64,000 nucleotides of DNA, from assembly GCA_013289085.1 (NCBI GenBank), contig JABDAR010000001.1, forward strand, positions 115,864 to 179,863, written 5' to 3'. The translations under genes were made by a program, and so were the position numbers. The DNA comes from Gammaproteobacteria bacterium. Lineage in GTDB: Bacteria > Pseudomonadota > Gammaproteobacteria > JABCZS01. Below the pieces are notes generated by a model. It was not told the origin of the DNA and did not search any database. It was given only the letters and a program-made list of their open reading frames with translations. Below are positions 10,326-18,475 of this stretch, in pieces; positions within the stretch are counted from its first letter, which is position 1, and each line of letters starts with the position of its first letter.

Positions 10326-10622
10326 TTGTATATTTCACCACTTGCTGTTGCGAATATTTATTATATTATTTGTAAACTCAGTACTAAAGCAAAGGCTTTT
10401 AAATATGTGAGTAAAATTAACTTATTAGTGAATATTGCTAAGATGGACGCAAGAATAGTGGAGCAAGCGCTTGCAGCCACTCAATTTACTGATTTTGAAG
10501 ACGCGCTACAATATTATACAGCGCTCGGATGTGCAGCGACTCATATGATTACGCGCAATAAAAAAGATTATAAACACTCTATTATTCCTGTTTACAACGC
10601 TAAGGAATTTTTAGGTTTGTAA
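10326..10622 (+). pseudogene. Truncated PIN-domain (VapC-like) toxin remnant
   Basis: Matches only the C-terminal two-thirds of a PIN domain (ISPLAVANIYY...EDALQYYTALGCAATHMITRNKKDY). The N-terminal catalytic Asp region is missing. The in-frame upstream extension hits a stop at 10287. No partner antitoxin is present. Confidence 0.45.
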
Positions 10623-10632
10623 AATAATCCTT

Positions 10633-12396
10633 TTAGTTTTGTGTGAACACATTAGTCACATTTTGCCAAAACACTTTTCCAGCAGCATTCGTCTCAACAT
10701 ATACTTCATAGACTTGATTGGTTACTTCAACGCCATCAAGATTATCAAAAGGGGTATTCGTGGTTGAGATTAGACCACCATAAATATAACCCACCATGGT
10801 TTTGCTATGAGGTGGTAGTTTATCTAATTGCAACACGTCACGTTGATCGTAATATTTTTCAATAGGTATAAATATTGCGGAAAGTCCTGTGTATATATGA
10901 GGATCACGTGGATTAGCATTGTATATAGGTTTTAAATTCACATATTCACGCGCATCGCCAGAATAACTTGAACTGATTAAATCTAATATATTTCCATAAG
11001 GCGTAGTGTCATCATAAATTAATTCATTTGTGTCATTCCAATATAAATTAGATAAGCCGCTAAAGGTAGCTACATAGGAAGTGCTGGTATTTCTACTGTG
11101 CATTGCTAAATGAGGGGCAGCATACTGATTTCCCTGTTGTTCAATAAAATTATCGTTAGAATTAATTTGACCATCGAACATAATGCCATTGGTCCATACG
11201 TGTGCAAAAACTTCTGGCGTAAATGGGCCTGCTAAGGCGAATAATGATTCAACACCATTCCACATAAAAGGCGCTAAGGAATAATCGCGTCTTCTCCAAC
11301 CACTGCCATCACCATCATCGTGAACCACGCTTGATAACACTTTTAAATGTAATGTGTGATTGTGGAAATTAGGTTTAGCGATAAATTTATGTATGGCATT
11401 GCTATAGACTTGGCCATCGCCACAATAATCACCTTTACAATTTTGACCAAAAGCTAAATATAAAGCGTGATTAATTTTACCCAAGTGGCCGCCTGTGACT
11501 TGGAAATAATTAGGATAAAGTGGATCACTGGGATTACTTGGACAGGCCGGCGTAGTTGTTGCGCTGCAATAAGCAATATATTTTTTTAAGTGTTTTTCAC
11601 CTTTTTTTACCGCATGCATCATACCAGGGACGTCAACAGCTGTTACAGTATTTAATGTGGTATAGCTTTCATCATCAGGATTGTAATAATAACCACCGAC
11701 GATATACATGATATCGCCATCTTGTAAAAATTCAGGCACAGAACTCGCTAACTGTTGTTGTACTTCAGCAGGTAAATCAGTTGCTGCAATTAAAACAGAT
11801 TTTAATTCATTCTCAATGGGATCGTATACATAAATATCCGTATTAAATTCATTAAAAAAATCATGAAAGCTGCCAAATGATCCACTTAACATTAACCAGT
11901 TATTGTCATGTGTTGCAACCAGCGGTTCACGAAATGCCGGTAATTTTGGTAAAAAAGTGGAAGCTCTAGCCGGTTTTAAAGTAATTTTAGGCAAGCTTTC
12001 TGTGATGAATACTTCGATTGCATAGCGGCTAATGTCGTATCCTGGTGTTGTTAATATTTTGATAGTTTCTTGCACATTTTGATGCGGCCATTTGGCATCT
12101 AAAAGTAAATCAATTTGACATGTGTCCGATGGGCTTAAAATATGACTACATGTAGAGGAATCCAATATAGACAATCCGCTTTTATGCGAAAAATGGCTAA
12201 TATTGATAGGCGTTACTGACGCACTTGAAATATTGGTTACCAAAAATGAGGCCCAAGTTTTTGTAGTGGCGGCAACAGTTTCAGGAAATGGCGTGATGGG
12301 CGTAATTTCCAGCGTATTAGCTTGATTGGCTTGTGCCGTGCAGGCAAAAAACGTAGCAAGTATTAAAGCAAATTTATAATGTGGCCAGTTTTTCAT
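10633..12396 (-). CDS. Secreted hypothetical protein with possible Kelch/beta-propeller repeats
   Basis: Signal peptide (ALILATFFACTAQA). Recurrent Y/W-rich blade-like motifs (GDIMYIVGGYYY, YVYDPIENE). No catalytic motif recognised. Confidence 0.5.
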   Translation of the reverse strand: MKNWPHYKFALILATFFACTAQANQANTLEITPITPFPETVAATTKTWASFLVTNISSASVTPINISHFSHKSGLSILDSSTCSHILSPSDTCQIDLLLDAKWPHQNVQETIKILTTPGYDISRYAIEVFITESLPKITLKPARASTFLPKLPAFREPLVATHDNNWLMLSGSFGSFHDFFNEFNTDIYVYDPIENELKSVLIAATDLPAEVQQQLASSVPEFLQDGDIMYIVGGYYYNPDDESYTTLNTVTAVDVPGMMHAVKKGEKHLKKYIAYCSATTTPACPSNPSDPLYPNYFQVTGGHLGKINHALYLAFGQNCKGDYCGDGQVYSNAIHKFIAKPNFHNHTLHLKVLSSVVHDDGDGSGWRRRDYSLAPFMWNGVESLFALAGPFTPEVFAHVWTNGIMFDGQINSNDNFIEQQGNQYAAPHLAMHSRNTSTSYVATFSGLSNLYWNDTNELIYDDTTPYGNILDLISSSYSGDAREYVNLKPIYNANPRDPHIYTGLSAIFIPIEKYYDQRDVLQLDKLPPHSKTMVGYIYGGLISTTNTPFDNLDGVEVTNQVYEVYVETNAAGKVFWQNVTNVFTQN

Positions 12397-12418
12397 GGTT
12401 TTGCATCCTTAGTTTCTT

Positions 12419-12808
12419 TTACTTTAGCAAGCGTATTGATTCATTGTATTGTGCAACAAGCGTATCGGCGGTTAACAAGGTAATGCCTTCAATCATTGAC
12501 TGGGCAATAAGAATGCGATCAAAGGGATCTTTATGAAGCGGGGGTAAGGTATCGATTGCGGCTGCGTGGGCGCTGTTAATTGATAGTTCGAGATATCCAT
12601 TGTCTAGTAAACCTCGACGTAAAGCATGAGGATCTGCACGAAAATCTTCTCGTTTTAATCCACGTTTAATAGCTACTTCCCAAATACTGGCTGGACTAAA
12701 TAGGAGCTCATGTTCCGGATTATTAAGTAAAGTGTGCGCCGTATCTGATAATTGCTCAGGTTGTCCTGCTGCCCATAATAAAAGATGAGTATCTAATAGA
12801 AACTTCAT
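12419..12808 (-). CDS. vapC: PIN-domain toxin VapC
   Basis: LLDTHLLLW N-terminal Asp and C-terminal TLLTADT motif. Overlaps the upstream antitoxin gene by 4 nt. Confidence 0.8.
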   Translation of the reverse strand: MKFLLDTHLLLWAAGQPEQLSDTAHTLLNNPEHELLFSPASIWEVAIKRGLKREDFRADPHALRRGLLDNGYLELSINSAHAAAIDTLPPLHKDPFDRILIAQSMIEGITLLTADTLVAQYNESIRLLK

Positions 12809-13050
12809 GCTTCACCATCAAATAATTGTTGAATTTCTTGACTTGCCATGTGATCAAAATCATCTGGTACCAGAATTTCACCACGCATGAAACCTAATCT
12901 TTTGATTCCCTCTCCAGTAGGCGCGGTAAGCGCAATCACTTTCACCATAGGTTTACCTGCTTTTGCAATGACAAATGGCTCGCCATGAGCAGCTTTTTCT
13001 ACCAATAGCGATAAATGAGTTTTAGCTTCATGAATATTAACGGTCCGCAT
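12805..13050 (-). CDS. Phd/YefM-family antitoxin
   Basis: Phd-type N-terminus (MRTVNIHEAKTHLSLLVEKAAHGEPFVI). Forms an operon with vapC. Confidence 0.75.
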   Translation of the reverse strand: MRTVNIHEAKTHLSLLVEKAAHGEPFVIAKAGKPMVKVIALTAPTGEGIKRLGFMRGEILVPDDFDHMASQEIQQLFDGEA

Positions 13051-13083
13051 AACACTTCCTAATGTAAACTAAGTTTAATTAGT

Positions 13084-13806
13084 TTAGTTCATATTTGCAT
13101 TAATTACAAGCGCTTTAATCTGTGCAATCTCAGCTTCCGCATCCTTTATTTGCGCCTTAAATGCATCACTTGCGACAATATTTTTTGCTAAGCTTTGGGC
13201 AAGTTTGACACTGCCTTCAATATCACTGGGGTAATGTACGCCACCCACAATTCGATCTTGGCCTAAGGATAAACCAGTTGCTAATAATTGATCGTGTCGG
13301 TCTGGAAATATTTCCGCATATACTAATGCCAGTGTCATGCCGCGTGTGCCATGACCGCTAGGGTATGAATAACTTTCTTCAATGGGAATCGCAGGTTTGA
13401 TATCTTTGTTGTCCTGATAAGGGCGTGGACGTTTATATTGTACTTTAAATGCATCAATAAAAATTCGAGCATCAGCCATTACCGTTTTCATTAAACTATA
13501 TAATTTTGGATAACGCGCTTCTTCAAAACGCACACCAAGGGCTTGATTAAAATAGCTGGGCTCCAAAGTCACACTGCCCCAAGCACGTTCTATATCATAA
13601 TAAGTACGAGAATTTTGCTCCCACATTAGAATCGCTAGATCTCTTGTCTTTGTTTCAGCATCAGCCGCAGGTGGCGGCAAGGTTTCAAGAGTAATATTTT
13701 GCGGGTCAATAAAAGTAGGGGTTTTAGTGATGGCAAGTGTACTTGCAAAAGCCGAAAAACTGAAAATAACGCTTAAAAATAATATCCCTAAATTACGGTG
13801 CTTCAT
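13084..13806 (-). CDS. Class A non-specific acid phosphatase (PAP2 family)
   Basis: Signal peptide. PAP2 motifs KxxxxxxRP (KRPRPY), PSGH and SRxxxxxHxxxD-like (VGGVHYPSD). Confidence 0.8.
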   Translation of the reverse strand: MKHRNLGILFLSVIFSFSAFASTLAITKTPTFIDPQNITLETLPPPAADAETKTRDLAILMWEQNSRTYYDIERAWGSVTLEPSYFNQALGVRFEEARYPKLYSLMKTVMADARIFIDAFKVQYKRPRPYQDNKDIKPAIPIEESYSYPSGHGTRGMTLALVYAEIFPDRHDQLLATGLSLGQDRIVGGVHYPSDIEGSVKLAQSLAKNIVASDAFKAQIKDAEAEIAQIKALVINANMN

Positions 13807-13838
13807 TATAGACTCCTTAAAAAAATATTAGACGGTCA

Positions 13839-15143
13839 TTACATCAAATAAACAATCTGTGCGCCAACAAAATCTGCTGAAGTTTCATAACTGCCAGTAA
13901 GATGCGTTGCGGGAACCGGCGTACCTGGGAACAGCGTGAGTAATAAATTTTGTTGAGAAAGTGAGCTATTGGCAAAAAAGCTATGCATATAGGCTAAATC
14001 AATGCGCATTAAATCATCCCAATTTTTGGGGGCAATACTTATGCCGATAGAGGCGTCGACGCGATCAGAATCAGGAGATTGTAATGTGCGCGTTTCATCT
14101 GTAATAGGTGATTGATCATAGGCAATACCAGCACGTAATTTAACAGTAGGGTTATATTGATAATTTGCGCCCAAAGCAAGACGCCAAGTATTTTCTAAAT
14201 CTAAAGGGATATCAGATTCAATTGGAGTCCCTAACTGTGCGGAAATAACATAATCATCCCAACGTCCCCAATGGGTAAATATTAAATCTGCTAACAATTC
14301 AATTTTAGGTGTTGCTTGATGAAAGAAACTTAATGTCGCGTAATCAGGTAATAAAAAATTTGAATTGGCCGCAGCAGGTTCAAAGCTGGGTGCATTCACG
14401 GCAGTGGAGGAAGTAGTTAAATAACCGTCAGTATTTTGATCAACAGGAAAAACATAGGCTAAACCCATACGCGTGTCGTCACTCCATTCATAGAGTAAAC
14501 CGACATTAGGATAAAATGCCAAACTATCGCCTGAATATTCAGTAAAAGCTTGTTCACCTTGTGGATCAGTAATTGTTCCAATAGCAAAATTCACTTCATG
14601 GGTAAAATACATAGCATTGACACCTAAACCGACCGATAATTCCTCTGTCATTTGTTTAGCTAAACTTAAATTACCATTATATGAATAGAGTTTACTTTGT
14701 ATGCCATTATATTTAACGGGTGTATTGCCATAATCAGTGACAATCCAATAAGGTGCAGTGATACTCATACCGAGCACCATATCTTCAGTAATAGGTTTGG
14801 CAATATGCAGTGCGGGAATTGGTGTTGACGGAATGCCAGAAGATATTTCTTGGCCGCTAGTATTAGGAATAGGATTGCCGGCACTATCAAATGCAGAATT
14901 AATTGTTAATGTTGAGTCTGGTATAGCATAAGTAATCGCACCGACCACTTGTCCTTCTTCAATTAACATTAAACCTGCTGGATTATAAAAACTAATACTG
15001 GCATCATCGCCCGCTGAAGCCGCACCTGCAAATGCATTCCCCATAGCTGATACACTTTGTTGGTCAACGCTAAGAAAACTTGCAAAACAAGTGTGTGAAG
15101 CTAACAATAAACTCGGTAATAAAACTTTTATCGTATTATTCAT
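13839..15143 (-). CDS. FadL/OMPP1-family outer-membrane transport protein
   Basis: Signal peptide followed by a FadL-type N-terminus (GNAFAGAASAGDDASISFYNPAGL). C-terminal aromatic residue. Confidence 0.7.
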   Translation of the reverse strand: MNNTIKVLLPSLLLASHTCFASFLSVDQQSVSAMGNAFAGAASAGDDASISFYNPAGLMLIEEGQVVGAITYAIPDSTLTINSAFDSAGNPIPNTSGQEISSGIPSTPIPALHIAKPITEDMVLGMSITAPYWIVTDYGNTPVKYNGIQSKLYSYNGNLSLAKQMTEELSVGLGVNAMYFTHEVNFAIGTITDPQGEQAFTEYSGDSLAFYPNVGLLYEWSDDTRMGLAYVFPVDQNTDGYLTTSSTAVNAPSFEPAAANSNFLLPDYATLSFFHQATPKIELLADLIFTHWGRWDDYVISAQLGTPIESDIPLDLENTWRLALGANYQYNPTVKLRAGIAYDQSPITDETRTLQSPDSDRVDASIGISIAPKNWDDLMRIDLAYMHSFFANSSLSQQNLLLTLFPGTPVPATHLTGSYETSADFVGAQIVYLM

Positions 15144-15167
15144 TAAATCACATCCTTGTTCAGCACG

Positions 15168-15974
15168 TTAAAAGTAGAAATTAACTCCAGCACCTATTTG
15201 CAGGCCACTTGGATTGAAAGTAAATTCATCAGTAACCGTAATTAAAAAACCATCATTTTTACCTTGAGATCCACTAATAGTGCTATTTTCATCTTCATAA
15301 AGCGCATAAAGTGCTTGCAAAGTGAAACTGATATTTTCACCAAAAAATCTTTCAAGACCTGCGCCAAATCTTACTCCAGTTAAATAAAACTTATCATAAG
15401 CAGTACTGATGGGGAATGTAGAATCGTTATTCGCCCAGGCATTGGTTACCGTTTCAAAGTGAGTAAAAATAATCCCAGCTTTAGCAAACACTAGCCATTC
15501 ATCTTCGTCAAAAAACAAGCCCTGTTTGAAGTCTGCACCAAAACTATATTGTGCTTTTGTACTTTGGGTAAAATTAATATTATTAGTATCACCGATAGAT
15601 CTGCCAAAAGTATCAAGAACAGTTTGATCAGAAAAACTTGCATCATGGGGTGCTGCAAATATTTCTATAGCGCTAAGCCAATCGTCATTTTCGTCCCAGC
15701 GCAGGTAACCACCGCCCCGTACTTCAACACTATAATCCGTTACATTATTATCAACATTAAAAGAGGTGGTTGTTTTATGACTTAAATCAGAAAGCGGAAT
15801 TTGATCTACATAGTTAATGTTAATATTATTATCTTGATCAAATTCCCAAATTGTCGCGGTAAAATCACCGCCGAGATAAAATCCATAATCATCTGGACCA
15901 TTTGATTCGCTATTTGCAAATGCGGAGAAGGTATTGCAGGCTAAACATCCTGTTAGTAATATCACTTTTTTCAT
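15168..15974 (-). CDS. Outer-membrane beta-barrel protein
   Basis: Signal peptide starting at the internal MKKVILL. Alternating amphipathic beta-strands. C-terminal FYF. Confidence 0.5.
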   Translation of the reverse strand: MKKVILLTGCLACNTFSAFANSESNGPDDYGFYLGGDFTATIWEFDQDNNININYVDQIPLSDLSHKTTTSFNVDNNVTDYSVEVRGGGYLRWDENDDWLSAIEIFAAPHDASFSDQTVLDTFGRSIGDTNNINFTQSTKAQYSFGADFKQGLFFDEDEWLVFAKAGIIFTHFETVTNAWANNDSTFPISTAYDKFYLTGVRFGAGLERFFGENISFTLQALYALYEDENSTISGSQGKNDGFLITVTDEFTFNPSGLQIGAGVNFYF

Positions 15975-16042
15975 GACGCTTTCCTTAAAGAAAGACAGCG
16001 TAATATAAGTGAAACTAGGAGTCAATTTTTATTGATTTAATA

Positions 16043-16264
16043 TTATAAAAATCCACGCTCTATCATCATTTTTTCAAGCAGATTTTCAGTCGTTAATTCA
16101 CCATTGGGTTTTTCAAAGTAGAGGATGCCGTTGATGGTATAGGAGTTAGGCACGCCTAATTGACGGTTGCGCTCTTGCGCATTATGCACAGCACGATTGC
16201 CGATGCGAGTGAGTTCTTGACCAGTTTTATAGAGTTCAAGAAGTTGCTGATCATTAATGTCCAT
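16043..16264 (-). CDS. Small hypothetical protein coupled to the zeta-like kinase (possible antitoxin)
   Basis: 73 aa. Its ATG lies inside the last codons of the kinase gene (11-nt overlap). No recognisable family. Confidence 0.4.
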   Translation of the reverse strand: MDINDQQLLELYKTGQELTRIGNRAVHNAQERNRQLGVPNSYTINGILYFEKPNGELTTENLLEKMMIERGFL

Positions 16265-16877
16265 GAATATTTTCCTGCTTTAAATTTTCTAAAAATAATT
16301 GAAATAAGTTTTCATCAGCAATCGTTTGTTGTTCATTAGCACCAGAACAAATTTCATGAAATGTGCTATTAGAATTATAAAGTAAGTACCACTGATTGAC
16401 GAGTTGCTTGTATCTATACCAAAAATTAAGTTTTGCTCGATAATAACGTCTTTTAACATCTTCAGTAGGTACAAAATGTCCACCCGTTAATGTGCGCTCT
16501 TGAACACGCGCAACACAGGCTTCAGGGCTTTGTAAAAATACAAACGATAAAATAATATGATAGCGAGCTTTATTTAGCTGTTGAATAACCCGCTGAAAAC
16601 CTATTCCTGACAAAGTTGTTTCAATGATTAAATCATCACCACTGCTAATATGCTGGGATACTTTATCAATAAACAAACGTCCCGCTTGGATTTTAACTAG
16701 CGAAGGCGCCTTTGCATTAAGTTCATATGCAATAGCATCAGCGCCAAGATATTTAAAAGGGTGAATCTTTTGGTATTCCATGGCAAGCGTTGTTTTGCCA
16801 ACGCCATTAGGGCCACAGACGATGATGGCATTTGGATTAGTTTGGGACATTTCCATATTATAACGTAATTGGGACAT
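16254..16877 (-). CDS. Zeta-toxin-family P-loop kinase
   Basis: Walker A motif GPNGVGKTT. Zeta/PezT-like C-terminal HFVPTEDVKRRY motif. About 200 aa. Confidence 0.65.
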   Translation of the reverse strand: MSQLRYNMEMSQTNPNAIIVCGPNGVGKTTLAMEYQKIHPFKYLGADAIAYELNAKAPSLVKIQAGRLFIDKVSQHISSGDDLIIETTLSGIGFQRVIQQLNKARYHIILSFVFLQSPEACVARVQERTLTGGHFVPTEDVKRRYYRAKLNFWYRYKQLVNQWYLLYNSNSTFHEICSGANEQQTIADENLFQLFLENLKQENIHGH

Positions 16878-17051
16878 AAAAGCCTTTAGATAGAATTTTG
16901 CTTTAGTATTATTACCATAATAACATTAATGATGTAAATAAATCAATTATTGATCAATAAAGATTTTACATGATACTATTAAATTAACATAAGTGATCTA
17001 ATGGTTATCTGTTGCTATATTGATTTCATATTTATTTGTGGCTATAATTAA

Positions 17052-17285
17052 ATGCTAAAGATTGATTTTGATTTAAACAAATCTCAAAAGAATATTAATG
17101 AGTGTGGCTTGTCTTTTGAGATGGCTTATTATTTTGATTGGGGCGGTGCTTTATATGCGCAAGATAATAGGAGTCTATATTCTGAGGATCGTTTTGTTGC
17201 AATAGGCTATTTAGATAAGCGATTGCATGTATTATGTTTTACGCCAATTTCGCAAAGCAAACTTACGAGAAATAAAGCGTTATGA
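17052..17285 (+). CDS. brnT: BrnT-family (DUF497) toxin
   Basis: DUF497 N-terminus (FDLNKSQKNINECGLSFEMA). Overlaps the downstream antitoxin gene by 4 nt. Confidence 0.65.
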   Translation: MLKIDFDLNKSQKNINECGLSFEMAYYFDWGGALYAQDNRSLYSEDRFVAIGYLDKRLHVLCFTPISQSKLTRNKAL

Positions 17286-17587
17286 AAAAGAAACCACTAA
17301 CTGATCATTTAGGACAGGTAAGAGAATTACATTTTGAAGATATTGAAGCTATGCGCCCGGCGCAGGAAGTCTTGCCACCTGAACTTGTAGAGCGATTACC
17401 AAAACGAAAACGTGGTCAACGTGGCGTGCAAAAATGTCCAACAAAAATTGCTTTAAATGTGCGCTATAGCCCAGAAGTGATAGAGTATTTTAAATCTACT
17501 GGAATAGGTTGGCAGAAACGCATGGATAATGCCTTAAAGGAGTGGATGGTAGAGCATCATCATGCAGTAAGTCAGCATAAGCTGTAG
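17282..17587 (+). CDS. brnA: BrnA-family antitoxin
   Basis: BrnA C-terminal motif (NVRYSPEVIEYFKSTGIGWQKRMDNALKEWM). Confidence 0.7.
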   Translation: MKKKPLTDHLGQVRELHFEDIEAMRPAQEVLPPELVERLPKRKRGQRGVQKCPTKIALNVRYSPEVIEYFKSTGIGWQKRMDNALKEWMVEHHHAVSQHKL

Positions 17588-17621
17588 GAAACTAAAGTTT
17601 TGTAGGGTTAGATGAACCAGT

Positions 17622-18440
17622 TTAGATGTGCGATTTACGAGGGATTTTAATTGATTTAACACCTTGTTCAAATGCTGCTCGCATTTGTGACATTAATTCT
17701 TCTGTGTCTTTCACAAGTTGTGATTTGCTGGATTTATTGTTATGCCATTGAGGGGCTATATAGGGCAGGGTTGTAGAAGAGATTCCCGAAAAAGAAGAGT
17801 TTTTTTTTGAGCCGGGGGGAGGTGCGATTAATTCATTAATTTCAGTGTTTAAGGTATGACATTCCCTTTCCATATCATCTTTAAATTGTTTATAGCCTAC
17901 TACGTCTTGTTTTAGTATGTCACGCATCTTTTCAATATCTTTTCGTTCAGATAAGAAAATATCAGTTTGATCGGAGTTGAAAAATTCATTAAGGTTATTG
18001 ATTAGACTGCTCGCTTCTTTTACGACTACAGTGTTATTTTGATGGGTGATGACTAATTGTGCTAATTCAGATTTAAGTTGTTTTAATCGATTTAATTTTT
18101 CATGACTTGGATTTGTATCAGTAGTATTAGAATTTTTTAAGCGGGACAAATAAGCATGAATATTATTAAATTCATCACAATAAGTTTTAAGGGGTGCTTG
18201 CAACTCATTTATTACCAAATGCTTTTGCGAGTCAAAATAATCTGCCTCATCCTTAAATGTTTTAACATATTCTGTATAGCCTTTTAGGCAGCCGTTATTA
18301 TGTTCGTGCTGAAAGTTAGCCAGCATTTTGATTTTTTCATTTAATTGAGAGATATAACTTTTATCAAGCGACTTTAGTTCGTCTTGTCTTGCGAACAATG
18401 CGTTTAAGCGGGTATTAGGATTTTTATTTTCTTTTGACAT
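17622..18440 (-). CDS. Hypothetical coiled-coil protein
   Basis: 272 aa, heptad-rich, no domain recognised. Last gene of a co-directional four-gene block. Confidence 0.5.
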   Translation of the reverse strand: MSKENKNPNTRLNALFARQDELKSLDKSYISQLNEKIKMLANFQHEHNNGCLKGYTEYVKTFKDEADYFDSQKHLVINELQAPLKTYCDEFNNIHAYLSRLKNSNTTDTNPSHEKLNRLKQLKSELAQLVITHQNNTVVVKEASSLINNLNEFFNSDQTDIFLSERKDIEKMRDILKQDVVGYKQFKDDMERECHTLNTEINELIAPPPGSKKNSSFSGISSTTLPYIAPQWHNNKSSKSQLVKDTEELMSQMRAAFEQGVKSIKIPRKSHI

Positions 18441-18475
18441 ATTTTTTTATCCTTAATCACATTCTATCATATATT

